64,000 nt of DNA from an uncultured Negativicutes bacterium (GTDB taxonomy: Bacteria > Bacillota > Negativicutes > JBAXTZ01): positions 157,890 to 221,889 of the forward strand of contig CAVRJL010000015.1 in assembly GCA_963721525.1 (NCBI GenBank). Reading direction: 5' to 3'. Made by a program: the position numbers and the translations under genes. This document shows positions 33,102 to 44,447 of this stretch, piece by piece. The first letter of the stretch is position 1. The number at the start of each line of letters is the position of its first letter. Under the pieces are notes generated by a model, which was not told the origin of the DNA, made no database searches, and saw only the letters and a program-made list of their open reading frames with translations.

Positions 33102-34657
33102 ATATACATTTCCTCCCGTTTTTTAACAATTAAACTTGCTAAACGAGCGGCCTGCGCATTACTTTTTGCCAATAATACTCCTGCTGAAGCTAATTTTTGC
33201 ATCTGTATATTGCTTCCTTGTATGTCTTGTTCAGTACCGCACACATAACCAATTATTTCTAAATTTCGTCCTGATTCTATTGCAATGCGCTTAGCTTCTA
33301 TAATAGTCGGCAACGTACTCCCAACCGGATCAGGGTGGGAACCATATCCAAGCACAAAATCCATTAAAATAACTGCTGTTTCTGGATCAGCCGCTTCTTT
33401 TAAAATACGAGGTAACCGTAAAGAAGGTTCAATCATAGGATGTGGTTTCCCTTTGGTAAATATATCATCTCCTAAATCAATAAAAGTATTCCCTTTACTA
33501 ATATTATGAGGATCATCTAAAATTTCTTCTGTGTTTTTAGTAATATTAGAATAAATTTTTAGTCCGTGGTCTTTAACTATATTTATAGCTTCAACACATA
33601 AAGTACCACCACAGAATAGACCACGAATATATTTTTGACTGATTAAAAATTTTGTATTTGTAGGTATGGCTAAATCATTAATTTTATTCTCATAGGTTAG
33701 TATATTTTCCTTTTTACAAATAGCTACAGCTGTGTGAGCTGTGGCTTCCAAAGTCTTACAAAAATATACTCCTGTTTTTTCCATTTGGACATCTTTATAA
33801 TTAAGAAAGCAAATCACAATAGGTTTCGATATATTTTTCAGTTTATCAAATATTTTATTTGTTACTTTTTTGGATGGTGGCTTAGAAATTAAAACAATAA
33901 TTTCCGTATTGTTGTGTCGCTGTAATGCATCTAAAGAGTCCAGCATAGTAATACCACCAACAGCTTCACTTAAATCTCTTCCACCAGTGCCTATAACCTG
34001 AGAAATACCTTCGCCTAAACGATCAATTAACACTGAAACTTCCTGAGTACCTGTTCCCGATGCTCCGATTATACCAATATTTCCTGCTTTAACTACGTTG
34101 GCAAAACATAATCCAAAATTATTTATTATAGCTGTTCCGCAATCCGGGCCCATTATTAAAAGTCCTTGTTTGTGAGCAAATTTTTTTAAGGCAATTTCTT
34201 CTTTTATACTTACGTTATCACTAAATATCATAACATGTAAATTGTTTTTTAAAGCTTGCATAGCTTCGCGAGCTGCATATTGTCCAGGAACTGAGATAAT
34301 AGCTAAATTAAGATTTGAGACCATTTTTATTGCAGATTCTATTGATGAAGGATTAATTTGTTTACCGTTTTTGCGAAAAGACTGCTTTTTAGTTAAAGTT
34401 TCCTCTACTGTTTGAATAGCTCCGATACAAATAGATTCGTTTTTTGCTCTAACTGCAATAATTAAATCATTGGTTCCGGCTATATCAATCTCTTTATTAT
34501 AAATTTCTATACGTTGTAACAACTCCTTATTCATATCAGTTGCCATAACTACAACAGCGTCATTTACTCCTTCTATAGCAGCAATCTTACCGGACAATGC
34601 CATTAAAGTTACAGAATCATGATATGAATCTTTTTTTATTAAGATTTTTAAATTCAA
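33098..34657 (-). CDS. fdrA: FdrA family protein (succinyl-CoA-synthetase-alpha-like, CoA-ligase fold)
   Basis: 519-aa ORF. The N-terminal KKDSYHDSVTLMALS and GIIGASGTGTQE (CoA-ligase loop) are typical of FdrA. Confidence 0.8.
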   Translation of the reverse strand: MNLKILIKKDSYHDSVTLMALSGKIAAIEGVNDAVVVMATDMNKELLQRIEIYNKEIDIAGTNDLIIAVRAKNESICIGAIQTVEETLTKKQSFRKNGKQINPSSIESAIKMVSNLNLAIISVPGQYAAREAMQALKNNLHVMIFSDNVSIKEEIALKKFAHKQGLLIMGPDCGTAIINNFGLCFANVVKAGNIGIIGASGTGTQEVSVLIDRLGEGISQVIGTGGRDLSEAVGGITMLDSLDALQRHNNTEIIVLISKPPSKKVTNKIFDKLKNISKPIVICFLNYKDVQMEKTGVYFCKTLEATAHTAVAICKKENILTYENKINDLAIPTNTKFLISQKYIRGLFCGGTLCVEAINIVKDHGLKIYSNITKNTEEILDDPHNISKGNTFIDLGDDIFTKGKPHPMIEPSLRLPRILKEAADPETAVILMDFVLGYGSHPDPVGSTLPTIIEAKRIAIESGRNLEIIGYVCGTEQDIQGSNIQMQKLASAGVLLAKSNAQAARLASLIVKKREEMYI

Positions 34658-34678
34658 ATTCTTTCCCTCCTGATTCGA

Positions 34679-35443
34679 TTATTTAGTCAATTCTACACCA
34701 AGTTCCAAACCGCTAATTAAACCAATTGCTAAGTCTGTTCCTGATAATGAACCAATTTTAAGTATTTTCAAGATAGCATTTTTTAGCGGTTGTGACGATA
34801 TAGCTGCACGTAATAAAGCGATTATATTTTCTCGGGTCTTTCCTTGCGCAGCTAATATAATCATTTCTTGACTAACAGCCGTAGTTTGCTTTCGAGCAAT
34901 AGTTGCTAAATCGAATCCTAAATTCTTATACTCCTCATCAAAAGGACTGTTGCACATATGAAAAATTGTAATTATCCCAGCACAAAAGTCATCTCCCGAT
35001 GGAGTAAGACCACCACCTAATCCAATTAATTTAGATCCCCAAAGATGCGCATCCTGAAAATTTTTTATATATAAGGCCTTTAAAAATTTTTGTGAATTTT
35101 TCGCTAAATGTTCAGTATAAATATTATTCGCTTTTATTTTAGTATTATTAGAATGTGATTTTAATAATCCGCCTCCCCTGCCATAATTTACTATATATTT
35201 TCGCAAAATATGTAAATTATTTTTTAACAACAACATATCCTGTTTCTTTGGGAAAGCAGGTAATACCGATTCCCATACTAATACGCTGTTTAATTTAATG
35301 TTCATATTTCCAACATATAAAACTCCAGAAATAGCCGTTACTATATCTCCAAGTTTAATTTTCATATCTGTAAAAGAAAATTTCGCATCTACTCGTAAAG
35401 TACGAGGAGCATTATCCTGCTGTTGTGAAGCAATGCTATACAT
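34679..35443 (-). CDS. DUF2877 family protein (YlbF-like)
   Basis: 254-aa ORF from the ATG at 35443. The frame stays open for 43 more codons upstream, up to a TGA that overlaps an AGGTGA Shine-Dalgarno-like site, with no ATG/GTG/TTG in between. The family call rests mainly on its position beside FdrA/DUF1116. Confidence 0.6.
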   Translation of the reverse strand: MYSIASQQQDNAPRTLRVDAKFSFTDMKIKLGDIVTAISGVLYVGNMNIKLNSVLVWESVLPAFPKKQDMLLLKNNLHILRKYIVNYGRGGGLLKSHSNNTKIKANNIYTEHLAKNSQKFLKALYIKNFQDAHLWGSKLIGLGGGLTPSGDDFCAGIITIFHMCNSPFDEEYKNLGFDLATIARKQTTAVSQEMIILAAQGKTRENIIALLRAAISSQPLKNAILKILKIGSLSGTDLAIGLISGLELGVELTK

Positions 35444-35640
35444 TTTACCATCACTACAATTAATATTGATAACTTGACGAAATATGCTATGTATTTGTCC
35501 AAAAAATACCGAATGTAAAATCAGCTCTACAAAAGCAATATCTCCACTAAGAATCTTTACTTGCGAAATATATCACCTACTTTGTATATATTTGAAATAT
35601 ATACTTCTATAAATTAACTTAATTTTCTCATGGCCTATTT

Positions 35641-36909
35641 TTATTTCACACTCTTTTCTACAACATCATTCATTAAAGAACACATTTCCAACACTTTAAA
35701 AGTTATACTAACTATGATAGAAACAATAGTAGCTAAAACCATTCCTTTCATTTCTACTGAACCAATGTTAATATGAGCACCACTAATACCGACAATAAAA
35801 ACAACCGAGGTTAATATTAAATTTTTTACATTATTATAGTCTACTTTAGATTCTACTAGTATACGAATACCAGACGCGGCAATAACACCAAATAATAACA
35901 TTGAAATACCGCCCATGACAGAAATGGGAATGCTTTGAATCACAGCAGCTAATTTCCCAACAAAAGACAAAGTAATAGCCATAATGGCAGATCCTGCAAT
36001 AACATATACGCTATATACCTTAGTAATAGCCATAACGCCAATATTTTCTCCATAAGTAGTATTTGGAGTAGAACCAAACAAACCAGAAATCAATGTGGAT
36101 ACACCATTACCTAGTAATGAGCGATGTAAACCAGGATCTTTAAAAAGGTCTTTTCCAACAATATTACCAGTTACCATCAAATGTCCCATATGTTCAGCGA
36201 TGACTACTAAAGTAGCCGGTATAATTATTATAATGGCATTAAGTTGAAAGGATGGTACGTAAAAAGTAGGGATAGCAAATAAAGCAGCTTTGGCTATACC
36301 ACTCATGTCTATAATTCCAAGAAAAAGAGCTAAAATATAACCGCTAAATACTCCAATAAGAATAGAAATAATAGATAAAAACCCACGAAAAACAACTGAA
36401 CCCAGAATAGTAACTACTAAAGTAAATAGCGATACTGTTACTATTTTAGGATCAAAGCTTTTAGCTGTAAATCCTGCCATGTTTGCCGCTACAGGAGCTA
36501 ATTCTAAACCAATAAGAGCAACAATCGCTCCCATAGCAGCTGGTGGGAATATTATATCAAGCCACTTCACCCCAACAACTCCAATTACTAAGGCCGCTAA
36601 AATAAATATTAATCCAACTACAATAAAACCTCCAAGAGCTGCCTTATATCCATATTGAGATAAAACGACGATTACTGGAGATACAAAAGCAAAGCTCGAG
36701 CCAAGATAACCTGGTATGCGTCCTTTGCTAATAAAGATATAAAGCAATGTTCCTATCCCATTGAATAATAATACAGTAGCAGGATTTACTTTAAATAGGA
36801 TAGGAACAAGAACAGTTGCTCCAAACATAGCAAATAAATGCTGTAGGCTAAGAGGAATACATTCTAACAAAGATGGGCGTTCATGAACATCGATAACTCG
36901 CTTGACCAT
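35641..36909 (-). CDS. NCS2/NAT-family nucleobase permease, uracil (UraA/PyrP)-type
   Basis: 422-aa multi-pass ORF with QHLFAMFGATVLVP and the NAT signature ENIGVMAITK. Glu in the first position matches uracil carriers; xanthine/urate carriers have Gln there. Confidence 0.85.
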   Translation of the reverse strand: MVKRVIDVHERPSLLECIPLSLQHLFAMFGATVLVPILFKVNPATVLLFNGIGTLLYIFISKGRIPGYLGSSFAFVSPVIVVLSQYGYKAALGGFIVVGLIFILAALVIGVVGVKWLDIIFPPAAMGAIVALIGLELAPVAANMAGFTAKSFDPKIVTVSLFTLVVTILGSVVFRGFLSIISILIGVFSGYILALFLGIIDMSGIAKAALFAIPTFYVPSFQLNAIIIIIPATLVVIAEHMGHLMVTGNIVGKDLFKDPGLHRSLLGNGVSTLISGLFGSTPNTTYGENIGVMAITKVYSVYVIAGSAIMAITLSFVGKLAAVIQSIPISVMGGISMLLFGVIAASGIRILVESKVDYNNVKNLILTSVVFIVGISGAHINIGSVEMKGMVLATIVSIIVSITFKVLEMCSLMNDVVEKSVK

Positions 36910-37214
36910 TTTTTCACCATATTTCCATTTACTTAATTCGCTTTCAGTTTAATATATTAATTTACTACTAGTATTAAACTTAAATATAAGCGGGTAATCT
37001 TTTATTAGTAATTTTATTTAAAAATCGTTATATATTGCAACTTATAACTTTATAATATTTTCAATCAACAACCAGCTGCTTCCTGACCATAAGTACAACC
37101 AATAAAATAATTTATTTAAATAGTATAGTCTAGTCTCATTCATAATACTTATTAAGGCTCAAAAACAACATTAATTATTTAAAAAATATCCTTTTTACTT
37201 ATTCTCTCATATTA

Positions 37215-37304
37215 TGGCGGAGAGAGTGGGATTTGAACCCACGAGAGCTTTCGTTCTACACGATTTCGAGTCGTGCGCCTTTAACCAGACTCGGCCACCT
37301 CTCC
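37215..37304 (-). tRNA. tRNA-Ser (CGA anticodon), CCA encoded
   Basis: Minus strand reads ggagaggtggccgagtctggttaaaggcgcacgactCGAaatcgtgtagaacgaaagctctcgtgggttcaaatcccactctctccgcca. It has the long variable arm of a class II tRNA. Confidence 0.92.
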
Positions 37305-37357
37305 AATTTCATTTATTGTTACTTGTAGGAGAAATTTAAAACTAACTATACATTATT

Positions 37358-37804
37358 TTATCTTTTATCTTTAAAAAATTCAACTAATATTTTGCTACAT
37401 TTTTCTTCTAATATCCCTCCGATCGTTTCCAATCCATAATTGAAATTTTTATCAAAAGGTATACCTAACCTAGAATGTATTGCTCCATGTTTATTGTCTG
37501 AAGCACCGTAAACAAGTTTTTTTATTCGAGCATTTACTATAGCTCCTGCACACATAGGACAAGGTTCAAGAGTTACATAAATATTAGTATTATTTAACCG
37601 CCAACTATTTAAGGATTCACAAGCTATCCTCATAGCCAGGATCTCAGCATGAGCAGTAACATCTTTAGTTGATTCTCGTTTATTATATGTTGTAGCTAGT
37701 ATTTTATCACCTAGCGTCAATACCGCTCCTATAGGAACTTCCCCTACTCTACTAGCTTTTTTTGCTTCCAAAAGAGCTATTTTCATAATTTCCTTATCAT
37801 TCAT
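37358..37804 (-). CDS. tadA: tRNA adenosine(34) deaminase
   Basis: 148-aa ORF with the HAEILAM and PCPMCAGA zinc-binding deaminase motifs. Confidence 0.9.
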   Translation of the reverse strand: MNDKEIMKIALLEAKKASRVGEVPIGAVLTLGDKILATTYNKRESTKDVTAHAEILAMRIACESLNSWRLNNTNIYVTLEPCPMCAGAIVNARIKKLVYGASDNKHGAIHSRLGIPFDKNFNYGLETIGGILEEKCSKILVEFFKDKR

Positions 37805-38055
37805 AGAATCACCAAAATTTTTTATATTTAAACTTCGATTGAAATATAAATTTAATTAATTTCAATTTTTATTAATAAATGTACCTCTGTATCTTGAATT
37901 AAAAATGTTTGTTTAAATAAATTTATCTCTTTATCTGATACACTTTCTTGCCTTTATCGTTTTCCCTATAATTTTGGCTCTCATTATTTCTATACTTTAT
38001 TTTTTGTTGTAATAATTCGCATTTTTGAAATTTTTAACTTAAGTCCACGTATTGT

Positions 38056-39366
38056 TTATTTGCATTCTCCTAAAAAGGCTCCTCTTACTTCATTTAACAT
38101 ATACAAAGAACCACAAACAACAATAAGTTCATCTTTTTCTACTTGTTCTCTCAACCAATTAACTGCCTGCGAAATTTTACAAAATGAAATCGCTTCTTTA
38201 CTGTTTTTCAAAAATTGTTTCGTTAGTTTATTCCTAGATAACCCTAAATTATTCGAAACCGTTACAGTTGCAGCTTTATATATGAGTGGAGCAAGAATTT
38301 TAATAGCTTCTATGTAATTTTTATTTACTAACATTCCGAATAATAAGTATATTTTTTTGTTTAAAAAATTTTCGCTTAAAAACTCTGCTAAACTTTTTAT
38401 TCCTTGAGAATTATGTGCTCCATCCAAAATAATTATAGGATTAAAGCTTATTATTTCTAAACGACCAGGCCACCTTGCGTTGTTTAACCCATTAGTTATA
38501 TCTTTTTCACTTATTTTTAATTTTCCACTTTTTACTATTTCTTCGATCGCAGTTATAGCTAACGCTGCATTTTGTAGCTGATATTTACCAATTAATTGTA
38601 TTGTCAAGTTTTTATAAACGCCGAAATCAAAAACCTGCTCAGTTAATGTATTTTTTTTTAATAAAATTTTATTAAAATTGACAATATTCAGTTGAGAGTT
38701 TTTTTTATTTACTTTTTTTTTTATAATTTTATCTACTTCGTTTTGCTGTTTGTAAGAAATAACTTTACAATTATTCTTTATAATACCACATTTTTCATCT
38801 GCTATTTTCGTCAAAGTATTTCCTAAAAAATTTGCATGATCAAAATCTATTGTTGTAAGCACTACCGCTAAAACATCGTCAATCACATTCGTAGCATCAA
38901 GTCTTCCCCCTAATCCTGTTTCTAATACAACAATTTCACAATTTTCGTCAGCAAAAAATAAAAAAGCAGCCACAGTCAATATTTCGAATCCGCTTAATTT
39001 TAATCTTAAAAATTTTTCTCTTTTTAATACTAAATTGATGTTATAACAAAATACTTTTTTTTTTATTTGTTCATTATTTATCTTTATTCGTTCTGTATAT
39101 TCAGCTAAATGAGGTGATGTATATAAGCCTACTTTATATCCTGCTTCTCTTAAAATTTCGGCAATAAATATAGCTGTAGATCCTTTCCCATTTGTACCTG
39201 CTAAATGGATAACCTTAAATTTCTTTTCTGGATTGCTTAGACTTGTAAGTATTTCTTTAATCATTTGCAAATCATTTTCATTGACAGATAAATTTGTTGT
39301 TTTATCCACTCTTCTATTAAGTTCATGACATATTTGTTTATAATAAAATTCTGGTTCTCTTTTCAA
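38056..39366 (-). CDS. folC: Folylpolyglutamate synthase / dihydrofolate synthase
   Basis: 436-aa ORF with the HLAGTNGKGST P-loop and Mur-ligase-like architecture (LETGLGGRLDATN). Confidence 0.88.
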   Translation of the reverse strand: MKREPEFYYKQICHELNRRVDKTTNLSVNENDLQMIKEILTSLSNPEKKFKVIHLAGTNGKGSTAIFIAEILREAGYKVGLYTSPHLAEYTERIKINNEQIKKKVFCYNINLVLKREKFLRLKLSGFEILTVAAFLFFADENCEIVVLETGLGGRLDATNVIDDVLAVVLTTIDFDHANFLGNTLTKIADEKCGIIKNNCKVISYKQQNEVDKIIKKKVNKKNSQLNIVNFNKILLKKNTLTEQVFDFGVYKNLTIQLIGKYQLQNAALAITAIEEIVKSGKLKISEKDITNGLNNARWPGRLEIISFNPIIILDGAHNSQGIKSLAEFLSENFLNKKIYLLFGMLVNKNYIEAIKILAPLIYKAATVTVSNNLGLSRNKLTKQFLKNSKEAISFCKISQAVNWLREQVEKDELIVVCGSLYMLNEVRGAFLGECK

Positions 39367-39805
39367 AAGAATTATTTTCTCCTTATTATAAGCAACTAAT
39401 TTTTTATAATATATTTTATACTTATTTAATAATTTATGCGCGAATAAGTCATTACTAGTAATTTTATTTTTTGCTATGAGATCAAGCGTTTCTAAAATAA
39501 ATCACCATTCACATAACTGGAAATATAGTTAATATTTAATAAATATAAAGTATTTGTCAAATTGCTTTTATAATCACTATTTTTTTGCAATCACTTATAA
39601 CAGTACTAAATACTTTTTTAAACTCTTCTATTTCCAATATATTATCTGATATTTTTTTATAAAGTTTAAATCCTCAATATTTTCCTCTACGTTGTTTCTT
39701 AAATAAGCTGTTAGATAATACCTTAGATCCTTCTCTTTTTTTTTATCACAAACTTTATAATTCACCATATTTATCATATAATAAATAGTCTCTCCTTTAA
39801 AATTT

Positions 39806-42384
<2,579 letters not shown>

Positions 42385-42410
42385 TAATACCTCACTACAT
42401 CACAAAAAAA

Positions 42411-42863
42411 TTAAAATCCAGTACTACCAAATCCACCGTTCCTATTTTTATTCGCCACATCATTGTCAGTCTTTAAATATTTATAAAAAATTCCTTGCGC
42501 TATTCTACTAAATTTTTTTATTAATACATTAAATTTTCCCATATTAAAAAAAGGAAGCATAATATGTCCTTCATTTGTTGGATTGTTATAATAATCACTA
42601 TCTATTATTCCTTGAGAATTAAGTAAAATAATATTGTATTTTATTGCTAAACTTGAACGAATATGTATACCTAAATATTCATCCTCTTGCATATAAGATT
42701 TGATTCCGGTTGAAATCAAAATTAATTTATTTATAGGAATTATTACATCTTCAATCGCTCTTATATCGTAGCCTGCACTATTTGTAGTTCTGCGCTTAGG
42801 TAAAGGAGTTTTCAAAATACTATCATTATATTTTGAAATATATTCAAACCCTCTAATTCTCAT
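42411..42863 (-). CDS. dut: dUTP diphosphatase (trimeric dUTPase)
   Basis: 150-aa ORF with SAGYDI, GIIDSDY and a C-terminal RNGGFGSTG motif. Confidence 0.88.
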   Translation of the reverse strand: MRIRGFEYISKYNDSILKTPLPKRRTTNSAGYDIRAIEDVIIPINKLILISTGIKSYMQEDEYLGIHIRSSLAIKYNIILLNSQGIIDSDYYNNPTNEGHIMLPFFNMGKFNVLIKKFSRIAQGIFYKYLKTDNDVANKNRNGGFGSTGF

Positions 42864-42904
42864 ATTTTAATATATCCTTTATTTTTATATATTGTCTAAT
42901 ATAA

Positions 42905-43600
42905 TCAATTATTTTTTTCTAAAAACAATAACGCTTTAGCTGCGGCACTTTGTTCGGCTTGTTTTTTGTTTTTTCCTTCTCCGTAGCTAAAAAATTTATT
43001 ATCAATAAAAACTTCTACATTAAACCAAGGCGCATGATCAGGCCCTGTAGTAGATATTAATTTGTATTCAATAATTTTCTTTACAAATTTTCTATTTCCT
43101 TGCACAATTTCTTGTAAAAGTGTTTTGTAGTCTCTATATTTACCTAAAGAGTTTAAATTTTCCTCAAATAAGGAAAAAATGACTTTTTCAGTAATTTCTA
43201 TGCCTTGACCTATATAAATAGCTCCGATTAAAGCCTCAAGTGTATCTGCTAATATAGATGGACGCTTTTCTCCTTTCGACTTCCTCTCCCCTCGTCCTAA
43301 TCTTATATATTTACCTACTCCTATCTTAATCGCCAATTGAGCTAAAGTTTTTTCACGAACTATTTCTGCTCTTAATTTTGTTAATTCTCCTTCATTAACT
43401 TTCGGAAAATGTTCAAATAAAAACCGACTTATTACTAAATCCAATACAGCATCTCCTAAGAATTCTAATCTTTCATTACTTTGAATATTTTTAATAACAC
43501 TTTTTTCATTAGCATAGGAACTATGAATTAATGCTGTATAAATAAATTTATTAAAAGAAAAATCTATTCCTGTGTATTGCTTGAGTTTAGGAGGTATAAT
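42905..43600 (-). CDS. rnc: Ribonuclease III (start codon unresolved)
   Basis: The catalytic signature NERLEFLGDAVL and the LKQYTGIDF...ALIHSSY N-terminal pattern lie upstream of the first ATG/GTG/TTG (the track ORF starts at the TTG at 43444). The frame is open to 43621 and closed by a TAA at 43622-43624. A dsRBD forms the C-terminus. The only candidate starts are ATT/ATA at 43595-43600. Confidence 0.75.
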   Translation of the reverse strand: MIPPKLKQYTGIDFSFNKFIYTALIHSSYANEKSVIKNIQSNERLEFLGDAVLDLVISRFLFEHFPKVNEGELTKLRAEIVREKTLAQLAIKIGVGKYIRLGRGERKSKGEKRPSILADTLEALIGAIYIGQGIEITEKVIFSLFEENLNSLGKYRDYKTLLQEIVQGNRKFVKKIIEYKLISTTGPDHAPWFNVEVFIDNKFFSYGEGKNKKQAEQSAAAKALLFLEKNN

Positions 43601-43699
43601 ATATTTTTTTTTTTTATTAAGTTATTTATCAATGTATTTTTTCACCACCAAGGACATATTATGTTCTTAAAAATCAAAACATTTTAATATAGCTACCAT

Positions 43700-43735
43700 A
43701 ATTTGTTCTTTTTAAAGTTTTTAAAAGAACAAATT
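43700..43735. repeat. Perfect 13-bp inverted repeat (aatttgttctttt / aaaagaacaaatt), 10-nt loop
   Basis: Read directly from the sequence. It lies about 100 nt upstream of the rnc coding region. Confidence 0.85.
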
Positions 43736-43738
43736 TGA

Positions 43739-43801
43739 ATCTAATTAAGATCATGATTTTTTAGATGTATTGTAGATTAATTTATTTGATCTTAATTAGA
43801 T
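43739..43801. repeat. Perfect 15-bp inverted repeat (atctaattaagatca / tgatcttaattagat), 33-nt spacer
   Basis: Read directly from the sequence. It abuts the 13-bp inverted repeat in the rnc leader / acpP-rnc spacer. Confidence 0.85.
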
Positions 43802-44189
43802 CATAAATATATGTATTAAAAGATCGTTTATTTTCAATAATTATAGTTCCTCTGCCTTAAATATTGCGTCGTTTAATGACAACGACACATACTTATAGCG
43901 TCTAAATCTTTATGAAAATTATCTACGTTAGCTCTATTTATGGTTTAAGACATATTTTTTTATTGCAAATTTATCTCTAACTCCCTAAAACGAATACGAA
44001 GAATATTTCGGTTAATTATTATGAATAAACAATTAAGTCTGTAAACTTTTTTTATCAATATATTTTCAAAAATCAAGATAATCTGAACTAAGTTGACGTT
44101 ACTATACTCACTTCTGTTATACTAACCCCATTTTTTATAGAAATAATTTAACTAGCCAATTATTAAAGTTTTATCCTCATTAAAGTAAG

Positions 44190-44447
44190 TTAAAGTTTAT
44201 TGCTTTTTTCCGTAATTAGTTGCACAATATCATTTATTGTTTTAATCCTTTCGGCAACATCATCTGGAATTTCAATTTCAAATTTTTCTTCAAATGACAT
44301 CATCAGTTCTACAATATCAAGAGAATCTGCTCCTAAATCATCTATAAATGTAGCTTCACCCATAATATCATCTGAATTTATTGTTAATTGTTCAGCAACA
44401 ATATCTCTAACTTGGTCAAAAATTTTACTATCTGCCGATGTGCTCAT
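44190..44447 (-). CDS. acpP: Acyl carrier protein
   Basis: 85-aa acidic ORF with the [12 protein letters not shown] phosphopantetheine attachment motif. Confidence 0.93.
   Translation of the reverse strand: MSTSADSKIFDQVRDIVAEQLTINSDDIMGEATFIDDLGADSLDIVELMMSFEEKFEIEIPDDVAERIKTINDIVQLITEKSNKL

Noticed and set aside
36910-37214. Possible purine or other nucleobase riboswitch upstream of the permease
   Set aside because: I looked on the coding strand for the purine-riboswitch core (UAUAAU...GUUUCUACC...CCGUAAAU...GACUAUG). Only a loose TATGGTCAGGAAGCAGCTGG segment is present, which does not fit. A covariance-model scan would be needed to be certain.
39630-39779. 49-codon minus-strand small ORF (MINMVNYKVCDKKKEKDLRYYLTAYLRNNVEENIEDLNFIKKYQIIYWK) between purA and folC
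   Set aside because: I recognise no family, the spacing from its putative Shine-Dalgarno is poor, and small ORFs of this size arise by chance. It cannot be supported from the sequence alone.
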